A DNA stretch of 64,000 bases, taken from Candidatus Scalinduaceae bacterium. GTDB taxonomy: Bacteria > Planctomycetota > Brocadiia > Brocadiales > Scalinduaceae. The position numbers and the translations under genes were made by a program. Below are positions 38,130-48,666 of this stretch, piece by piece; the stretch's first letter is position 1; every line of letters begins with the position of its first letter. The notes below the pieces were generated by a model, which made no database searches, was not told where the DNA came from, and saw only the letters and a list, made by a program, of their open reading frames with translations. The stretch spans positions 29,027-93,026 of the forward strand of contig JBHICG010000007.1 of assembly GCA_046759445.1 (NCBI GenBank). Reading direction: 5' to 3'.

Positions 38130-39566
38130 ATGAAGAAATACATGATTATGTTCGTGTGTTTGTTTGTTTTTGTATTTGGTATTGTATATCCAAATACCTA
38201 TGCACAAGAAGGGACTGATGACCTTAATGCTAAGATCGAAGCAATGGAAAAACAACTTAAGGAGCTAAAAGAACAGTTTGAAAAACAAGAAGAGTCCTCT
38301 AAAGCAGAAAAGAAGGAGCTTCAGGCATTAAGGCAAGAGGTGAAAGGTCTTGTCCCTGGAGACGAATTCTACTGGGCAAAAAGGGCTCAGGAACTTAGAG
38401 AAAAAGGTCTTGCCCCATGGTTCGGTAAGCAGGAGACAAAACCATTCTTAAGCAGGCTTGGTAGAAACACATATCTGGGCGGATATATGGACCATGAGTT
38501 GCAATTCAGCGAAAAACAGGATAAAAAGTCGGCAAAAGAACATACATTCGATCAACATCGTCTTATACCTTTCATATACTCGGATGTTTCAGACCGCATT
38601 AAATTTGCCACCGAAATAGAGATAGAACATGGAGGACCGGATTCACCAGGCGGTGTTATCGAGAGAAGTGGTGAAATAAAGATCGAATTCGCAACGATAG
38701 ATTTTCTTATAACTGATTGGTTGAATTATCGCGGCGGCATAATCCTGAGCCCTCTTGGCAAACTCAACCTTGTCCATGACTCACCCCTCCTAGACCTTAC
38801 TGAGAGACCCATGGTTAGTCGAAGGATAATACCCACTACCCTTAGCGAGGCAGGCATGGGATTTTTTGGAACCCTTTATCCGACAGAAGTCTCAAAATTA
38901 GATTATGAGCTATATGTCGTTAATGGTTTCCAGTCCCTTCTGGAAAGTGGAAAACAGGCTACAAGTAATGCGGAAAATTTTATAAGGAGTTCAAGAGGTA
39001 GCTTATCCAAAGATAATAATACCAATTTTGCAGTAGTAGGCCGTTTGGCCTATAGCCCATTCATAGGCTTAGAAGTTGCTGGTTCTTTCCACACGGGCAA
39101 TGTCGACGAGAGAAACAGGAATCGACTAACCATTACGGCCCTTGACTGGACATACCAGAAAGGGGCATTTGAATTGGTAGGTGAGATCGCTCATGCCTCA
39201 TTTGATAGAGACGGTGTTGTAGCGGTGAAAAACGTAAGCACATTGTTGCCAGGCGACTCATTCGGTTATTGGATAGAACCACGATACCACTTAATGCCAC
39301 AATTCCTTAAGGACCTTGCTCCAAAAATCTTTACGGAAGATTCTACTTTTACGGCCGTAGTAAGATTTGGCGGGACTGACATGGGAAATTTTGGTGTTGG
39401 TAATGGAAAATTAAGGAGAACGCGCCTAACGCCCGGTTTTAACTTCAGATACACCGAGGATACCGTGTTTAAGGCGGAATACCAACTCAACTGGGAACAC
39501 GGGCGTGTCATAACTCCTGAGGTAAGTAATAATGTGCTGCTATTCTCAGTAGCCACATATTTTTAA
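38130..39566 (+). CDS. Outer-membrane porin-like beta-barrel with N-terminal coiled coil
   Basis: Signal peptide, FATEIEIEHG, KAEYQ, terminal aromatic YF. Confidence 0.8.
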   Translation: MKKYMIMFVCLFVFVFGIVYPNTYAQEGTDDLNAKIEAMEKQLKELKEQFEKQEESSKAEKKELQALRQEVKGLVPGDEFYWAKRAQELREKGLAPWFGKQETKPFLSRLGRNTYLGGYMDHELQFSEKQDKKSAKEHTFDQHRLIPFIYSDVSDRIKFATEIEIEHGGPDSPGGVIERSGEIKIEFATIDFLITDWLNYRGGIILSPLGKLNLVHDSPLLDLTERPMVSRRIIPTTLSEAGMGFFGTLYPTEVSKLDYELYVVNGFQSLLESGKQATSNAENFIRSSRGSLSKDNNTNFAVVGRLAYSPFIGLEVAGSFHTGNVDERNRNRLTITALDWTYQKGAFELVGEIAHASFDRDGVVAVKNVSTLLPGDSFGYWIEPRYHLMPQFLKDLAPKIFTEDSTFTAVVRFGGTDMGNFGVGNGKLRRTRLTPGFNFRYTEDTVFKAEYQLNWEHGRVITPEVSNNVLLFSVATYF

Positions 39567-39816
39567 CATGAAAATAAGCCCTGGAATTTTCCCGAAAGGC
39601 CCACCTGCTATTTGTCGGCAGACAGAGTTCCCCAAAGGGGTATGAACGTTTAATCAGCAATCAACAATGAATATAACTGCACTAACAAAAAATCCAATCC
39701 GCCTGGCTTCGGTAGGCAGGTACTTCAGATTTATAAGTCCACACGATATTTGAGTAATTCCACTATTACCTTAACACCTATAACCTTTCACTTTTTGCTA
39801 ATAGGAGGAAATAAGA

Positions 39817-40104
39817 ATGTCAGTATTAATAGTTGGCGGAGATCACCTTGGAAGTATTCCAAAAGAACTTAAGAAGATTGGGGTAGACGATATAAGACAC
39901 ATGAGTGGCAGGAATAAAAATGTCATTAAGAAAGGTATGCCCTTGACTATGGATCTGGTTATCGTATTGTACGATTACGTAAATCACAATCTAACAGACG
40001 TAATAAAGAAATCGGCTAGAGAACTTAGCATTCCTGTTATTTTTGCAAGACGTTCATGGTCATCAATATACAAAAAGCTACCTCATTGTCTAATCCAAAA
40101 TTAA
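39817..40104 (+). CDS. DUF2325-family protein
   Basis: MSVLIVGGDHLG, DYVNHN, PVIFARRS motifs; AGGAGG RBS. Confidence 0.85.
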   Translation: MSVLIVGGDHLGSIPKELKKIGVDDIRHMSGRNKNVIKKGMPLTMDLVIVLYDYVNHNLTDVIKKSARELSIPVIFARRSWSSIYKKLPHCLIQN

Positions 40105-40477
40105 CCCGATTGCATAGGAATTTCCATTTTTTTAGACAATATTACAGGATGATCAGGATAAATTTTAATTATGTTAATCAATGATTCATTTTTGTTTGGA
40201 GAATAATCTTTTCTTTCTATTTCTACTCTCTACTTCTTTACTTCTTTACTTAGCTCTGTAGATTAAATCAAATTTTTTTAAAAATCCTTTTTGAAATACC
40301 GGATATTTTCTAAAATCATGATTAGCAGGAGTATTAAAAATCTTGTATATCTGTAAGAGACTAAGGGCAAGATTCCCTTGGTCTTCTCGACTTAATCCTG
40401 TCAAAAATCCCGTCCAAATGGCGTTATTTTAAATCAGTTAAAAAAATATTGTAATTATTTATCCACGAATCAACATT

Positions 40478-40509
40478 CACCCCGTTAGATAGTAAATTTC
40501 TAACGGGGC
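40478..40509. repeat. Short palindromic element
   Basis: CACCCCGTTAGATAGTAAATTTCTAACGGGG. Confidence 0.55.
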
Positions 40510-40761
40510 AAACGTTCTCGAATTTTAGCTAATTCCAGCATTAATATGTTTTTATAAAAATTTTATCTGTAACATCACAGAAAAACTTTGCTTGATTTTA
40601 TACCTGTTAAAAAATAAGATATAAATATGTTATAGGATCAATGCAACATGTGAAGATAGTTGAAAAGGATTTTATTCCTCCATTACCCAGTTAGAAAGAA
40701 AATCCCACCTCGTAGGTGGGAGTCCCCCGCTCTAACTTTTCAAACGGGGTTTACGTTTATT

Positions 40762-41193
40762 ATGTTACCAAAGAAAATTTTATATGTAATATCTCCGCTT
40801 TTGATTGGAATTACCATATCCGTATGCTTACTTGCCATCCCCCTCATACCAGGAACCACTATATTCGTAAGTGAAGGGGGGGCTTCCCCACGTGAACATG
40901 CATGTGGATGTAAGACTTCACCAGATTGCTGCTGCGTAAAGACGTCAGACACACTTGGAGTAAAATGCTCGTTGAATGAAAACTCGAAAGATATATTTTC
41001 AACATTCATACAAAGTCTAGCATGTTCAGGTATTCCAGACCAATTTACGGCAGTATTAGATACAATTAACTTACCAGAGGATATCATCCTTATCCTGAAT
41101 CTTTATGCATTTTGTTACCTAAAGACAATACCATCAGTTTTCCCAATTTCATTCTTGATTTCCCCTCCAGACAAGCCACCAAGGATTACCTGA
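40762..41193 (+). CDS. Cys-rich small protein ending in PPDKPPR (DUF2946-like leader protein)
   Basis: TM segment, HACGC...CCC cluster, C-terminal PPxKPPR; lies upstream of an outer-membrane protein. Confidence 0.65.
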   Translation: MLPKKILYVISPLLIGITISVCLLAIPLIPGTTIFVSEGGASPREHACGCKTSPDCCCVKTSDTLGVKCSLNENSKDIFSTFIQSLACSGIPDQFTAVLDTINLPEDIILILNLYAFCYLKTIPSVFPISFLISPPDKPPRIT

Positions 41194-41529
41194 CTCCCTT
41201 AAAATAACACATTTGTGTCTTACCCACTTGCAATCCTGTTTATGACATGCAGGGTATACGTAGACTACATAGTGAGGCAAAGCTGCAACCAAAAAGATGA
41301 AGTAGATGATAAGCAGTTAGGCAGTTGCGATCTGCCAGTTGCCCAATGTCATCAGCTTACTGTACAAAACACGAGCTGAATAATTATTAAAAAAACCTAC
41401 AGAAACCAGTTCTCGTTTAGTTGGGAAAAAGGGTTTTTACGAGGAAATACGTATAGCCCCTGGCATGTCTGGATATCTTTTCCGCCTGTGGATTGCCGTA
41501 AACATTCTAATGCATAAAAGGAGTCAATC

Positions 41530-42480
41530 ATGTTATTTAAATATAAGAGTTGGCTATTACCATTTTTACTCTTTAATGGTATCATTATTTCTAATCAGGC
41601 ATTTGTAATGGGGCGTTCCTTCCAGAGTGATAGCGCTGTTTTGATATCGCATGAAGGCCTCCAACACGGATCCGATACGGATTCTTCCAATCAACAGAAC
41701 ACGCACCAAAAAGGCCTGCACTTTTCTCATCCTCTGTTTACTGAATCTCCCTCCCCGGACAAAAAGATCCGGATGGACTACTTTTTCAAAAACCTCACCC
41801 GTGAGGAAGGAGACCAGCACACACCTCGGCTGGAAGCCGAATATGCATTCTTCCGCAATCTGAGTGTCGAGGTCGACGTTCCCTACACCTTCCAGAAAAG
41901 GTTCGTTGAACCAAGTGGTCGATCCACGGTGGACCGGCTCGATAACGTCGAAATAGGACTGAAGTACGCCAACTTCATGTTCGAGGACGCCGGTCTACTT
42001 TTGGGAGGAGGACTGGAACTGGGTCTTCCCACCGGAAATGACAAAAAGGGAATTGGTTCCAACAATGAACTGGAAATCGAACCCTTTCTCGATTTTGGTT
42101 ACAAACCACACCCGGACTGGGAAATCGTTGGATTTGTCTCCCTCGGGTTTCCAACCAATGAAAACATCACATCCCCAGCCGGGGAGTATGAAGCCGAGGA
42201 AAACGAAGCCGGGGAGGATGAAGCAGATCAGGAACTCGGTTGGAATCTTTCCATCCTCTATCATCTCAGCCCCAGGATAGAAACACTTTTAGAATTCCAC
42301 GGTGAAAGTGTATTTGGAGGAGAAGAAGATGGATTCTCATCGGTTCGTGTGGGACCCGGGATCAAGGTTCAGCTCACCAATAATCCGAACCTCCAAATCG
42401 GCGTGGGTACGAGTTTCCCGCTGGCCGATGATCGGGAATCCGATTTTGAGTCGATCTTCTCTCTATTTTACCATTTCTAA
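41530..42480 (+). CDS. Outer-membrane transporter-family beta-barrel (MetA-pathway-like) with His-containing N-terminus
   Basis: Signal peptide; EAEYAF, LPTG..KGIG, terminal YHF; GC-richer body. Confidence 0.75.
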   Translation: MLFKYKSWLLPFLLFNGIIISNQAFVMGRSFQSDSAVLISHEGLQHGSDTDSSNQQNTHQKGLHFSHPLFTESPSPDKKIRMDYFFKNLTREEGDQHTPRLEAEYAFFRNLSVEVDVPYTFQKRFVEPSGRSTVDRLDNVEIGLKYANFMFEDAGLLLGGGLELGLPTGNDKKGIGSNNELEIEPFLDFGYKPHPDWEIVGFVSLGFPTNENITSPAGEYEAEENEAGEDEADQELGWNLSILYHLSPRIETLLEFHGESVFGGEEDGFSSVRVGPGIKVQLTNNPNLQIGVGTSFPLADDRESDFESIFSLFYHF

Positions 42481-42559
42481 ACGAGAAATGACCAGGGTAG
42501 AGGGTCTGGCACAACCGGGTCCGCTGCCCATCCTTTTTTGGCGTCGAGGTTTCAATCCC

Positions 42560-42748
42560 GTTAAATTCAGAGAAAGGATAAGTGATTCTGGAGGTACAAT
42601 CGTATTCTTTGCGCCCGGGTTATCCAGCCAGATAACACACAATCTTAGTTCCACATTCTCAGTCCAAATCCCAATCCTTCAAAATCTTGGGAGAGATCAT
42701 CAGGATATAGACCTTAAGGTCTTGTTTGGTATTGGCTATAGCTTTTAA
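42560..42748 (+). pseudogene. Orphan C-terminal fragment of a second beta-barrel gene
   Basis: DSGGTIVFFAPG...SVQIPILQNL...Q....VLFGIGYSF*; no credible start of its own. Confidence 0.65.
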
Positions 42749-43054
42749 ACCGGGGTTGGGAACGTGTCAGCATCATTGTTCCGTTTTATGGTTGGCATGA
42801 ATATTGAAGGCATACAAGTGATCATTAGCGCCATTTATGTCCAAGACAATTTTCCACAAAGGACATAATTGTCTTAAAAGCAGTTTCAGAGATATCTATA
42901 AACTCAAACCCGTACTGCATAAGTACTATTCTCACCTGGGAGTTGATCCCAAACCAGACAAGCAAACGTATTAATCGTGTTCTGATTCGGATAAAGCGAG
43001 AAATTCAAACGAACTTTCTTTTCCCCCTTATAGAGTTCTTTAAAATATCTAAAA

Positions 43055-43160
43055 ATGACATCTCTGAACTCGTTTCAGAACCTATATAAATTAAGGTGTT
43101 AAGAGGGCCTGAAATCGAAGATCCTGAATCGAGTTCAGGACCTGGTTCGAGGTGATGAAA
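43055..43160. repeat. Decayed TGTCA-type REP pair with nested palindrome
   Basis: CTGAACTCGTTTCAG ... GATCCTGAATCGAGTTCAGGA. Confidence 0.55.
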
Positions 43161-43296
43161 CCGTGTTTCCACAACAAGTGCAAATTATTATTAATGAAAA
43201 TACAAGTCAAAAAAATAATGTGGTTATAGGGTATTTGTCAATTTCATAATTAATGAAGACAATATAGTGTGTGGTATATTTAAATATGTATCTTTT

Positions 43297-43791
43297 TTAT
43301 TTGTAATTTACAAACTGCATGGAGAACTCATATTTTTGATCTTTAATTTCCTTCATGATTGTCTGGAGTTCGTCTATCTTCTTCCCCGATACCCGAACCT
43401 TATCTTCCTGAATCTGAGCTTGTACCTTAAGTTTAAGGCCCTTTATAAATTTGACGAGTTCCCTCGCCTTTTCCATAGGAATACCTGACTGAAACGTCAA
43501 TGCCTGACGTATTGTGCCTCCCAACGCATTTTCAGTCTTTCCAAAATTAAGCGCTTTAAGGGGAACCTTTCTTTTTTCAAGTTTTTCTTTTAAGATATCC
43601 GTTAAGCTTTTCAGTTTGTAATCATCATCTGCAAGTAAAGTTATCGAATTATCATCATTCAAAGAAATAGATGACTTACTTCCCTTAAAATCATATCTTA
43701 CGGCGAGTTGTTTCCTGGCTTGATCGACGGCATTTTTAACCTCATGCATTTCTACCTTGCATACAATATCAAACGAATGTGTTTCTGCCAT
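43297..43791 (-). CDS. yajQ: YajQ nucleotide/c-di-GMP-binding protein
   Basis: SFDIV, RYDFKGS, QAQIQEDKVRVSGKKIDELQ motifs. Confidence 0.95.
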   Translation of the reverse strand: MAETHSFDIVCKVEMHEVKNAVDQARKQLAVRYDFKGSKSSISLNDDNSITLLADDDYKLKSLTDILKEKLEKRKVPLKALNFGKTENALGGTIRQALTFQSGIPMEKARELVKFIKGLKLKVQAQIQEDKVRVSGKKIDELQTIMKEIKDQKYEFSMQFVNYK

Positions 43792-43988
43792 ATATACGTC
43801 TCCTTAAAATATATTAACTTCAGCACACCATGACTCTTTTGCACATCAAAAATTCCGAACTCATCCAGGTAACACCTTTGTACTGCTACATTCTTTGTTT
43901 TAAAAGTTTATCATTGAACACTTAAAAGTCAAATGGTTTACTTAATTTTAGTGGATATCTGCCCTCAGTTTCTTTCCAATTTAAGAGA

Positions 43989-44198
43989 CTATTCTTCATC
44001 ATCATCTCCAGCAAGGACATGCCAGTATCGATAAATTATTACCGATATTACAACAGCATATAAAACTGTCATGCAAATGCTGTAAAATGCCCATGGTGGG
44101 AAACCAAATACCTGAACGTCCATTTCTTCCGAAAAAAACCACGGCACTGTGGCAACGAGAGTTAGTATGGATATTATATACAGTGTAAGTCTGCTCAT
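43989..44198 (-). CDS. Small two-TM partner of the SSS symporter (DUF3311/DUF997-like)
   Basis: VPWF...FGFPPW; immediately downstream of the SSS gene. Confidence 0.7.
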   Translation of the reverse strand: MSRLTLYIISILTLVATVPWFFSEEMDVQVFGFPPWAFYSICMTVLYAVVISVIIYRYWHVLAGDDDEE

Positions 44199-44283
44199 GT
44201 GGTTGTATAAAAAATATTCACATGGAAAGATTTAAATTTTTCATATTCCATAAAAGTTTTGATTTTAACCTTGTTCCATTCAC

Positions 44284-45753
44284 TTAATATTTATTTCGTT
44301 TGAAAACAGTAACAACACCAATAGTCAAAAAATTCGCTATAAGGCCCCACACACCTGCATGAAAACTCCAGGGTTTTGCAGGAATCAAACCACCTGACAT
44401 ATTAGCCGTTATCAGCATAATAGTAACGCAGATTCCCACAATTAATCCAGCCAGCACGGCAGTTCCATGCAGCTTCTTCAAATGCAGGCCAAGAAAAAGT
44501 GCAGGAGCTGCCTGACTTAAAAGGTCAAGCTTAATCTCTACCAGACGCCAGATAGTTTGCGGCAATACGAGAGCAAAGTAAGTCATTACACCCATAACCA
44601 ACCAGGATATAATTTTCCCCGTTTTAGTTAACTGTTCTTGTTTGGAGTTGGGACGGAGACGTCTATATATGTCCTGTGTGAAGAATGAGGAGATAGATAA
44701 TAATGCTGAATCAATAGTAGACATAATTGCTGCAACAGCCGCACATAGGAACAAAACCAGAAGCATTCCAATACCGGGCAAATGTTTTGCCATATCAGTG
44801 AGAAGAATGAGAATGATCTGTTCACTTTCTCCTTTATTAAGTCCCGTAAACTGTGCCGCACCTACAATACCAATGATTACTATAAATAAAGTTGTAACCA
44901 GCGGCATGAAAACCATAATCATAAATGACCTTGCGAGGGTTTTTTCATTCTTAGCAGCATAGATGCGCTGGATTGCATGAGGGTAAAGGGGTATCCCGAA
45001 GAAAACTATCATCAATGTGCTAAACCATATCCGTTTGTATTCAGCATCAGGTGGCAGCCAAAAGTCCGGTCGTATATTCTTTAGCTTTAGAGCCGTTGCC
45101 GATAGAGCGCCGTACTGATACTCAACTACCATAAAGATAAAGATACACCCAGAGAGCAGCAATATCCCCTGGATGGCATCAGTCCATGCGACACTTCGCA
45201 TCCCCCCGAGTGTTTCATAGATGACCATGATAAGAGCCATGGCTATAACCCCCCATGCAAATGGGACAACACCACCCGTTGATGATTCTACAATATACCC
45301 TATGGCTTTCAGGTTTGTAAGAATGTATGATCCCAGTGCAAATATGGAAATTAGGCTTGTAAGTACCGTTAAAGTGTGATTGCTATAGCGATAGTTGAAA
45401 TAATCACCTGTAGTAATAAATCTGTTTTTTCGAGATAGGCGATATAAAATAGGAGCGTAGAGCAAATAAGCTCCTATTACGGCCGTCATGAACGTTACAC
45501 TAACAAGAAATTTATATCCATCTCTGTATGCCTTTCCAGTAAAACCAATCAGGGTGTTACCGCTATACTGAGTGGCATAAAGTGTAAGAAATAGGACAAA
45601 CATGCTCATCGTGCGACCGGCAAGGAAAAAATCAGCCATTGAATCCTCTTTCCTCGCAGCGCGACCGATGAGGCCGATTATGATAAGGGATAAAAAATAG
45701 GCGGACATGAAGATTATACCGCCTGTGCAAAGAAGTGGTGTTGAGGGCGTCAT
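44284..45753 (-). CDS. Sodium:solute symporter (SSS; PanF/PutP-like)
   Basis: DFFLAGR, GGMRSVAWTDAIQG, AAIMSTIDS motifs. Confidence 0.93.
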   Translation of the reverse strand: MTPSTPLLCTGGIIFMSAYFLSLIIIGLIGRAARKEDSMADFFLAGRTMSMFVLFLTLYATQYSGNTLIGFTGKAYRDGYKFLVSVTFMTAVIGAYLLYAPILYRLSRKNRFITTGDYFNYRYSNHTLTVLTSLISIFALGSYILTNLKAIGYIVESSTGGVVPFAWGVIAMALIMVIYETLGGMRSVAWTDAIQGILLLSGCIFIFMVVEYQYGALSATALKLKNIRPDFWLPPDAEYKRIWFSTLMIVFFGIPLYPHAIQRIYAAKNEKTLARSFMIMVFMPLVTTLFIVIIGIVGAAQFTGLNKGESEQIILILLTDMAKHLPGIGMLLVLFLCAAVAAIMSTIDSALLSISSFFTQDIYRRLRPNSKQEQLTKTGKIISWLVMGVMTYFALVLPQTIWRLVEIKLDLLSQAAPALFLGLHLKKLHGTAVLAGLIVGICVTIMLITANMSGGLIPAKPWSFHAGVWGLIANFLTIGVVTVFKRNKY

Positions 45754-45775
45754 ATTATTTAATATATTTATTAAT

Positions 45776-45979
45776 TACTATGGGGAGTTATAGTCTATAT
45801 GTCATTCTGAACCCTTCGCCTAAGGCAATCTCCGATTGCACTGTCGTCTCTGAGTAGCGAAGTGAAGAATCTCATACTTCCGGCTCAGGATAAACTCCGT
45901 GAAGAATCTGTCCTATTATCGAGATTCTTCATTATCTCAGGATAACATTACTGTAAACTATTTTATGCTCCCAGTAGTA
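45776..45979. repeat. Degenerate MITE-like shell containing TGTCA-type REP remnants
   Basis: TACTATGGGGAG ... CTCCCAGTAGTA ends; internal GTCATTCTGAACCCTTCG, GTGAAGAATCT twice, AGATTCTTCA. Confidence 0.5.
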
Positions 45980-46164
45980 TATCCTACACTAAATTCCTTC
46001 TTCAAAACAGGAACTAATTAACTTGGTAATTAATTGCTTATAATTTATAATATTACGTTTTCCAAATATCATCAAAAATTATACAAAAGTAAGTAACATG
46101 GACATGACTCAGACAAATTTATTAAGGTGGATTTACCCAGGTCAAGAATAAATAAGCCTAGAAA

Positions 46165-47376
46165 ATGCGAGATATTATACAGAATGAAATACATAAAATA
46201 ATCGATAACGCAATCGAGTTAAGGCATCGGTTTCACGAGATACCAGAAAGGTCGTTTGAAGAAAAGGAAACTGCGCACCTAATCGCTCAAGAATTGAGAG
46301 GTATGGGGGTCGCTGTTAAAGAGGGATTGGCCAAGACGGGCATCGTTGCAACTATTAAGGGTAAACGTCCTGGTAATATTGTTGCCTTACGTGCAGATAT
46401 GGATGCTCTCAAAATAGAAGAGGAAACATCAAAACCATATACATCAAAACATAAAGGATTTTCACACTGTTGTGGGCACGATGGGCATATCGTCTGTGCG
46501 TTAGAAACCGCCCGCATCCTTGCATCTCTTCGCAAACGATTAGCGGGTACGGTCAGGGTTATTTTTCAACCAGGGGAAGAGATCGGAAATGGCGCACAGG
46601 CTATGATAGACGCCGGTGCATTGGGGGAACCTCTGCCTTCAGCTATTTTTATGCTACATTCATGGCCAGGTTTAGAATCTGGTATGGTTGCCTCAAAACC
46701 TGGCACGATAACGGCGGCAAATGATCATTTCGGTATAACCGTAAAGGGTAAGGGCGGTCATGGTGCACGACCCCATGAAAGTATCAGTCCCATTGTAAGC
46801 GCTGCGCATTTAGTGCAAAAAATAAGTAATCTTACCAGCGATGGAGACAATCATCCGTGCGTCGTGAGCGTGGGAGTGATGCGAGGAGGAACACAGGCAA
46901 ACGTTATACCTGATTACGCCTCTATCCAGGGAACAATTCGATCCCTTAACGAAATAAGCCGCCAAAAAGTACTTGAAATGTTCAAGAAAACAGTGGGAAA
47001 TATCTGTGTCAAGGACAGTGTGGAAGAAGCAATAAATTTTCATAAATACTGTCCACCCGTAAATAACCACCCTGACCTCTATCACCTCTTTGAAAGGACA
47101 GGCGATGACCTGTTGATCCCTGAAAAAAGAGCGTATATTACAAAGCAGAGCATGGGGTCAGAAGACTTTGGATATTTTACACAACTTATCCCTGGTCTTC
47201 TTATTCGATTGGGTATGGGAAAATCATCTCCGCCCCTTCATACAAGTAATTTTGATTTTTGCGACAGCTCTCTTGCAGCAGGAATCACGATACTGGTTGG
47301 TTTAGCAATGAGGTCAGCAGAAAGTGATTTTAAAATAAACATAGAAAGAGTTGATGAAACCGTTCAAAAGAAATGA
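46165..47376 (+). CDS. M20D-family amidohydrolase
   Basis: RADMDAL, HCCGHDGH, FQPGEE, GKGGHGA, SEDF motifs. Confidence 0.93.
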   Translation: MRDIIQNEIHKIIDNAIELRHRFHEIPERSFEEKETAHLIAQELRGMGVAVKEGLAKTGIVATIKGKRPGNIVALRADMDALKIEEETSKPYTSKHKGFSHCCGHDGHIVCALETARILASLRKRLAGTVRVIFQPGEEIGNGAQAMIDAGALGEPLPSAIFMLHSWPGLESGMVASKPGTITAANDHFGITVKGKGGHGARPHESISPIVSAAHLVQKISNLTSDGDNHPCVVSVGVMRGGTQANVIPDYASIQGTIRSLNEISRQKVLEMFKKTVGNICVKDSVEEAINFHKYCPPVNNHPDLYHLFERTGDDLLIPEKRAYITKQSMGSEDFGYFTQLIPGLLIRLGMGKSSPPLHTSNFDFCDSSLAAGITILVGLAMRSAESDFKINIERVDETVQKK

Positions 47377-48478
47377 CTTTCCCACATTAGGCGTAGAGGA
47401 AGAATTCCATTTGATAGATCCTGAAACAGCAGACCTCTCTCCTTCAGTTGATGATGTTATGGCACACCTTGATACCGATATGCAGGAAAGGGTGTGTTAT
47501 GAACTATTGAAGTGCATATTAGAGAATCGCACGGGCGTATACACGACCGTGAACGACCTCGTTAATGGTATAGCTGAGGGAAGAACTCGTCTTGCAGGGT
47601 ATTGTAAGGAACTTAACGTAAACATTGTTGCCAGTGGAAGCCATCCTTTTGGTGATTGGAGGAAACAACCTTTTGTAGATAATGAACACTATCGTTGGGT
47701 TAAAAATAATCATGGTTATATAGCCCATCGTTTGCTGTCTTTTGGCTTACATATACATGTTGGGATAAAAAATGAAGAAATTGCCATTTACATAATGAAC
47801 GAAATGAAGCGATGGACCTATCCCTTATTAGCTCTTTCTGCAAACTCTCCATACTACGAGGGCGGAGAAACTGGATTGGTTTCAACACGTGCACATCTTT
47901 TTCACTCTATGCCCCGATCGAAATTTGCTCCACCCTTTAAATCATTTTCAGAGCTTATCGCTTATTATGAAAAACTCCTTGCTGTTGGTGATATAACTAG
48001 ACCTGGTGACTTATGGTGGATCATACGTCCTCAGCCACCACTTGGCACTGTTGAGTTTAGAATCTTTGATCTCCCTACATCCGTTCGCCGTATTGGAGTA
48101 TTTGCCGCCATATTACAGGCTGCTGTAGCTATCTACCAGGACTTTTTTTTGGCAGGAAAACCTGCAAGTTTTTTTAATTCAGGATACCTCGAACAGAATT
48201 GGTGGTCAGCAGCCAGAAATGGACTCAACGCTGATATTATTGAGCCAGAAACCGGAGAAATTATTTCTATGCGCAATCAACTTAAACGCCTGTTGGCGTT
48301 CGTCGCCCCCAAGGCAAAAGAACTTCATGCTGAGCCGCATTTCAATCTTGCTAAAAAAATGATTGAACAGGGAAACGAGGCTGAATTGCAAATAACACTT
48401 TGTAAAAACTTAAACGGAGATTTACGCGCCCTAGAGCGAGAGCTCGCCAGGAAAACGGTTGAATTTTCTACTGACTAA
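47354..48478 (+). CDS. YbdK/GCS2-family carboxylate-amine (gamma-glutamyl) ligase
   Basis: TLGVEEEF, GLHIHVG, ALSANSP, WWIIRP...GTVEFR.FD motifs. Confidence 0.92.
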   Translation: MKPFKRNDFPTLGVEEEFHLIDPETADLSPSVDDVMAHLDTDMQERVCYELLKCILENRTGVYTTVNDLVNGIAEGRTRLAGYCKELNVNIVASGSHPFGDWRKQPFVDNEHYRWVKNNHGYIAHRLLSFGLHIHVGIKNEEIAIYIMNEMKRWTYPLLALSANSPYYEGGETGLVSTRAHLFHSMPRSKFAPPFKSFSELIAYYEKLLAVGDITRPGDLWWIIRPQPPLGTVEFRIFDLPTSVRRIGVFAAILQAAVAIYQDFFLAGKPASFFNSGYLEQNWWSAARNGLNADIIEPETGEIISMRNQLKRLLAFVAPKAKELHAEPHFNLAKKMIEQGNEAELQITLCKNLNGDLRALERELARKTVEFSTD

Positions 48479-48666
48479 CGTTTACGTGTAGAATTTATGG
48501 GTAACATGATGTAAACGTTTTCTTTATAATTACAGAAATATTTTTTCAACTTTAAATATTCATCTTCTACCCACCTGAATAACCCGCCCCATTGAAGTAT
48601 TTATCCGAGCGAACGTAGTCAAGGGCGTGATTCTTGTTTTGAGCATAAAAAACATGCATCAATTAA

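Noticed and set aside
42549..42559. GTTTCAATCCC, resembling the start of a CRISPR repeat
   Set aside because: Single occurrence, no repeat-spacer periodicity, no cas genes
42302..42560. N-terminal part of ORF 42302-42748 as a real gene
   Set aside because: Overlaps the upstream gene out of frame; only the last about 60 codons look like a protein
42792..42873. TTGGCATGAATATTGAA sigma54-like site and GACATAATTGTC palindrome
   Set aside because: -12 GC is missing, the palindrome is on the wrong side, and there is no downstream gene on that strand
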